Of a DNA stretch of 28,067 bases, positions 25,721-28,067 are shown piece by piece. The stretch is from Ignavibacteriales bacterium (GTDB lineage: Bacteria > Bacteroidota > Ignavibacteria > Ignavibacteriales > Ignavibacteriaceae). Under the pieces are notes generated by a model, which was not told the origin of the DNA, searched no databases, and saw only the letters and a program-made list of their open reading frames with translations. Both the position numbers and the translations under genes were made by a program. The DNA is taken from NCBI GenBank assembly GCA_027347125.1, contig DAIERC010000331.1, forward strand, positions 1 to 28,067. The letters run 5' to 3'. Within the stretch, counting starts at the first letter, position 1; each line of letters starts with the position of its first letter.

Positions 25721-26371
25721 ATGATTTCAGTTTTATTCATGGTGTTTTCAATTTTTGCTCATACCGGAGGCTCTTTAAAAAGTGAGCTTGATGAATATTT
25801 AAAAAAGAACTTTTCCGGTTACAAAGAATTTCAATATGAAATAGTTGAGATGCCGGAAAATTTTAAAAAAGCTTCAATCCTAAAAACCAATGAGCTAAAC
25901 GTAAGCGGCAACCTTGCGTATGTGCCGGTAAAAGTTGTAACGGATGATAATCGCGTTACCAAAACTTTTATAACAATAAGATTAAAATTATTTCAGGAAG
26001 TACTTGTTGCCGTTAAGCCGATTAAATCGAGAGAGACTTTAACTGCAGGCGATTTTCAACTGGAAAAAGTAGATGTAACGCAGGTAAGAGGAAGCGCAGT
26101 TAAAACCTTAAAAGGAATTGAAACACTTAGAAGTAAGGTAAGCCTAAGAACCGGCGACGTGCTTGTTAAAGAAGCGGTGGAAGCAAAACCGATAATTAAT
26201 GTAGGCGACCAGGTAAACGCAAGCGTAAGCAGCGGCAGCGTATATGTGTCAACCGAGGCAACAGCAAGGCAGGAAGGCCTGCGCGGGGACATCATACAAA
26301 TAATAACTAAGGATAAAAAATTATTCAAAGCTAAAATAATAGATTCTAAAAACGTATTAATAATTGAGTAA
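25721..26371 (+). CDS. flgA: P-ring assembly chaperone FlgA
   Basis: Signal peptide, a SAF-like VLVAVKPIKSRETL region, and IINVGDQV...VSTEATARQEGLRGDII; located between flgG and flgH. Confidence 0.9.
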   Translation: MISVLFMVFSIFAHTGGSLKSELDEYLKKNFSGYKEFQYEIVEMPENFKKASILKTNELNVSGNLAYVPVKVVTDDNRVTKTFITIRLKLFQEVLVAVKPIKSRETLTAGDFQLEKVDVTQVRGSAVKTLKGIETLRSKVSLRTGDVLVKEAVEAKPIINVGDQVNASVSSGSVYVSTEATARQEGLRGDIIQIITKDKKLFKAKIIDSKNVLIIE

Positions 26372-26375
26372 TACT

Positions 26376-26948
26376 ATGAAAAGATATATAATACTCGGCA
26401 TAATAATGTACAGCGGAATTTTATTTGCCCAAAACATGACGCAGAATTCATTCTCGTCTCTCTTCTCCGATCAAAAAGCCAGCAGGGTGGGCGATGCAAT
26501 TACCATTATCGTGGTTGAATCTTCTCAAGCATCAAACGATGCTGAAACAAGCGCTGGTAGAACAAGCGGTTTGGGGCTCACTGGAAAAATGGCAACCGGA
26601 ACATCACCTTCTACCGGAGTGGATGTATCACTCGGATCAAACAACGATTTTAAAGGTTCGGGTTCTACAAAAACTACCGGCATGATAAATACAAAAATAA
26701 GCGCTACTGTCGATTCCGTTCTGCCAAACGGGAACCTTCTTATAGAAGGTAACCGGAAAATCTCTATCAACGGTGAAGACCAAACGGTATTTATTAAAGG
26801 TATTGTAAGAGCTTCGGACATCAGCGCCGATAACTCGGTTATGTCTTCTAGTATAGCCTCGGCCGAAATAGTATTTAAAGGTGACGGAATGATAAACAGC
26901 GTACAATCACCCGGCTGGTTAACAAAATTTTTCCATTGGATTTTCTAG
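26376..26948 (+). CDS. flgH: L-ring protein FlgH (no lipobox Cys)
   Basis: LFSDQKASRVGDAITI, VLPNGNLLIEG and PGWLTKFF motifs. Start reassigned from TTG 26364 to ATG 26376. Confidence 0.93.
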   Translation: MKRYIILGIIMYSGILFAQNMTQNSFSSLFSDQKASRVGDAITIIVVESSQASNDAETSAGRTSGLGLTGKMATGTSPSTGVDVSLGSNNDFKGSGSTKTTGMINTKISATVDSVLPNGNLLIEGNRKISINGEDQTVFIKGIVRASDISADNSVMSSSIASAEIVFKGDGMINSVQSPGWLTKFFHWIF

Positions 26949-26955
26949 GTAATTT

Positions 26956-28050
26956 ATGAAAAAGTTATTCCTTTTATCTGTAATGCTGATATTTGTAAGC
27001 ACACTTGGCTTCGGGCAAAGAATTAAGGACATCGCTTATATTACAGGCGAAGGCTCAGAACAGATTATCGGATACGGTTTGGTTGTAGGGCTTGCCGGTA
27101 CCGGAGATACGCAGCAATCAACATTTACAATTCAATCAATCACAAGCATGCTTAAACGTTTCGGAATTACCGTAAGCCAGAACAATTTAAGAACCAGAAA
27201 TGTTGCCGCGGTAATGGTAACAACAACATTAAATTCCGGATTAAAACCTGGGGCCAATTTTGATGTTACGGTTTCTTCGATGGGTGATGCTTCCAGTTTG
27301 TCCGGCGGTACTTTATTGATGACGCCGTTATCTAGCATGACCGGAAAAGTTTACGGCTATGCACAGGGGCCTCTTTCAGTGGGCGGTTACGATATTAGAA
27401 CTCCAACCGGAAATAGGATTGCGAAAAACCATACGCTAGCCGGCAGGGTACCGATGGGCGGGGTTTTGCAAGCACCGCTGGATACTACTCCTGCTCAGAA
27501 TAGTGTAGTTAATGTTTACCTTCGCGAGCCGGATATTACAACATCTAATAATGTTGCCAATGCCATTAACCAAAAATTCGGAAACGATGTTGCTCTTTCT
27601 AAAGATGAAGGAGAAATAGTTGTTAAGGTTCCCAGCGACAGGCAGAAAAATTTAATCAGCTTTCTTGCTGACCTTGAGAGCATAACCGTTCAGAAAGATG
27701 AAATTGCAAAAGTTGTTCTTGATGAAAGAACAGGTACCGTGGTTGCCGGAAGCAACGTTAAAATTTTACCGGCAACAATTACGCACGGAAGTTTGAATAT
27801 TACAATCAGATCGTATCCTATTATATCGCAGCCGGGAGCTTTTTCAAACGGCACCACGCAGGTGTTTAATAATATGGTGCCTTATGTATCTCAGGATTCA
27901 ACCAACACGGTTGCAATACAAGGCGCCTCAACGGTACAGCAAGTGGCGGCAGCATTAAATTCGCTTAAAGTTTCGCCGCAAGATATTATTTCGATATTCC
28001 AGGCATTAAAGAAAGCCGGTGCATTGGTAGGAGAATTGGTTATAATATAA
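26956..28050 (+). CDS. flgI: P-ring protein FlgI
   Basis: RIKDIA, GYGLVVGLAGTGD, NVAAVMVT, ERTGTVVAG and ALKKAGAL motifs. Confidence 0.97.
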   Translation: MKKLFLLSVMLIFVSTLGFGQRIKDIAYITGEGSEQIIGYGLVVGLAGTGDTQQSTFTIQSITSMLKRFGITVSQNNLRTRNVAAVMVTTTLNSGLKPGANFDVTVSSMGDASSLSGGTLLMTPLSSMTGKVYGYAQGPLSVGGYDIRTPTGNRIAKNHTLAGRVPMGGVLQAPLDTTPAQNSVVNVYLREPDITTSNNVANAINQKFGNDVALSKDEGEIVVKVPSDRQKNLISFLADLESITVQKDEIAKVVLDERTGTVVAGSNVKILPATITHGSLNITIRSYPIISQPGAFSNGTTQVFNNMVPYVSQDSTNTVAIQGASTVQQVAAALNSLKVSPQDIISIFQALKKAGALVGELVII

Positions 28051-28067
28051 TGGGAACATTACCGCTT
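28050..28067 (+). CDS. 5' fragment of the next gene (FlgJ/rod-binding protein expected by synteny)
   Basis: The ATG overlaps the flgI stop (TAATG) and reads MGTLPL to the window end. Its identity cannot be determined from 6 codons. Confidence 0.35.

Noticed and set aside
26806-26833. TAAG-N16-GCCGATAA, a sigma28-like site inside flgH
   Set aside because: The -35 is imperfect and the spacing is off by one, and flgI is an early gene tightly linked to flgH. It is probably chance.
227-27338. Numerous minus-strand and alternate-frame ORFs of 60-174 aa in the ORF track
   Set aside because: They overlap well-supported + strand genes (mostly fully nested), show no recognisable motifs, and are typical antisense shadows.
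1-28067. CRISPR arrays, IS/transposases, tRNA/rRNA, prophage or defence genes
   Set aside because: I saw no repeat-spacer pattern, terminal inverted repeats, transposase or integrase motifs, or structural RNA gene signatures.

Overview
This is a gene-dense, AT-rich bacterial window in which every supported gene lies on the + strand, forming one large flagellar cluster. The order is fliH (3' end), fliI, fliJ, ylxF/flbB-like, fliK, flgD, TIGR02530 'flagellar operon protein', flgE, terminator, fliL, fliM, fliN, fliO, fliP, fliQ, fliR, flhB, flhA, flhF, flhG, then an accessory block, then flgF, flgG, flgA, flgH, flgI and the start of the next gene. The accessory block holds a 2-TM small ORF, a shortened FliA-like sigma factor, three tandem HDOD proteins, a GAF pseudo-histidine kinase, a SwrB/DUF2802-like membrane protein, a FliK/YlqG-like protein and a mini FlhB-C-like protein. 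The Firmicute/spirochaete-like gene order, the P- and L-ring genes and the Gln at +1 after signal peptides suggest an Ignavibacteria-like (FCB group) organism; this is inference. The main candidate for an undescribed system is a two-hairpin RNA leader (6049-6104) with (C/U)GAC repeats. It sits between the uncharacterised TIGR02530 gene and the flgE ribosome-binding site and may be a protein-RNA switch controlling hook synthesis. A second candidate is a regulatory cascade. A sigma54-like GG-N10-GA promoter precedes a FliA lacking its sigma3 helix-turn-helix, and that gene contains a perfect sigma28 promoter pointing into the HDOD x3 and pseudokinase cassette. No database searches were run; family names come from recognised motifs and synteny.
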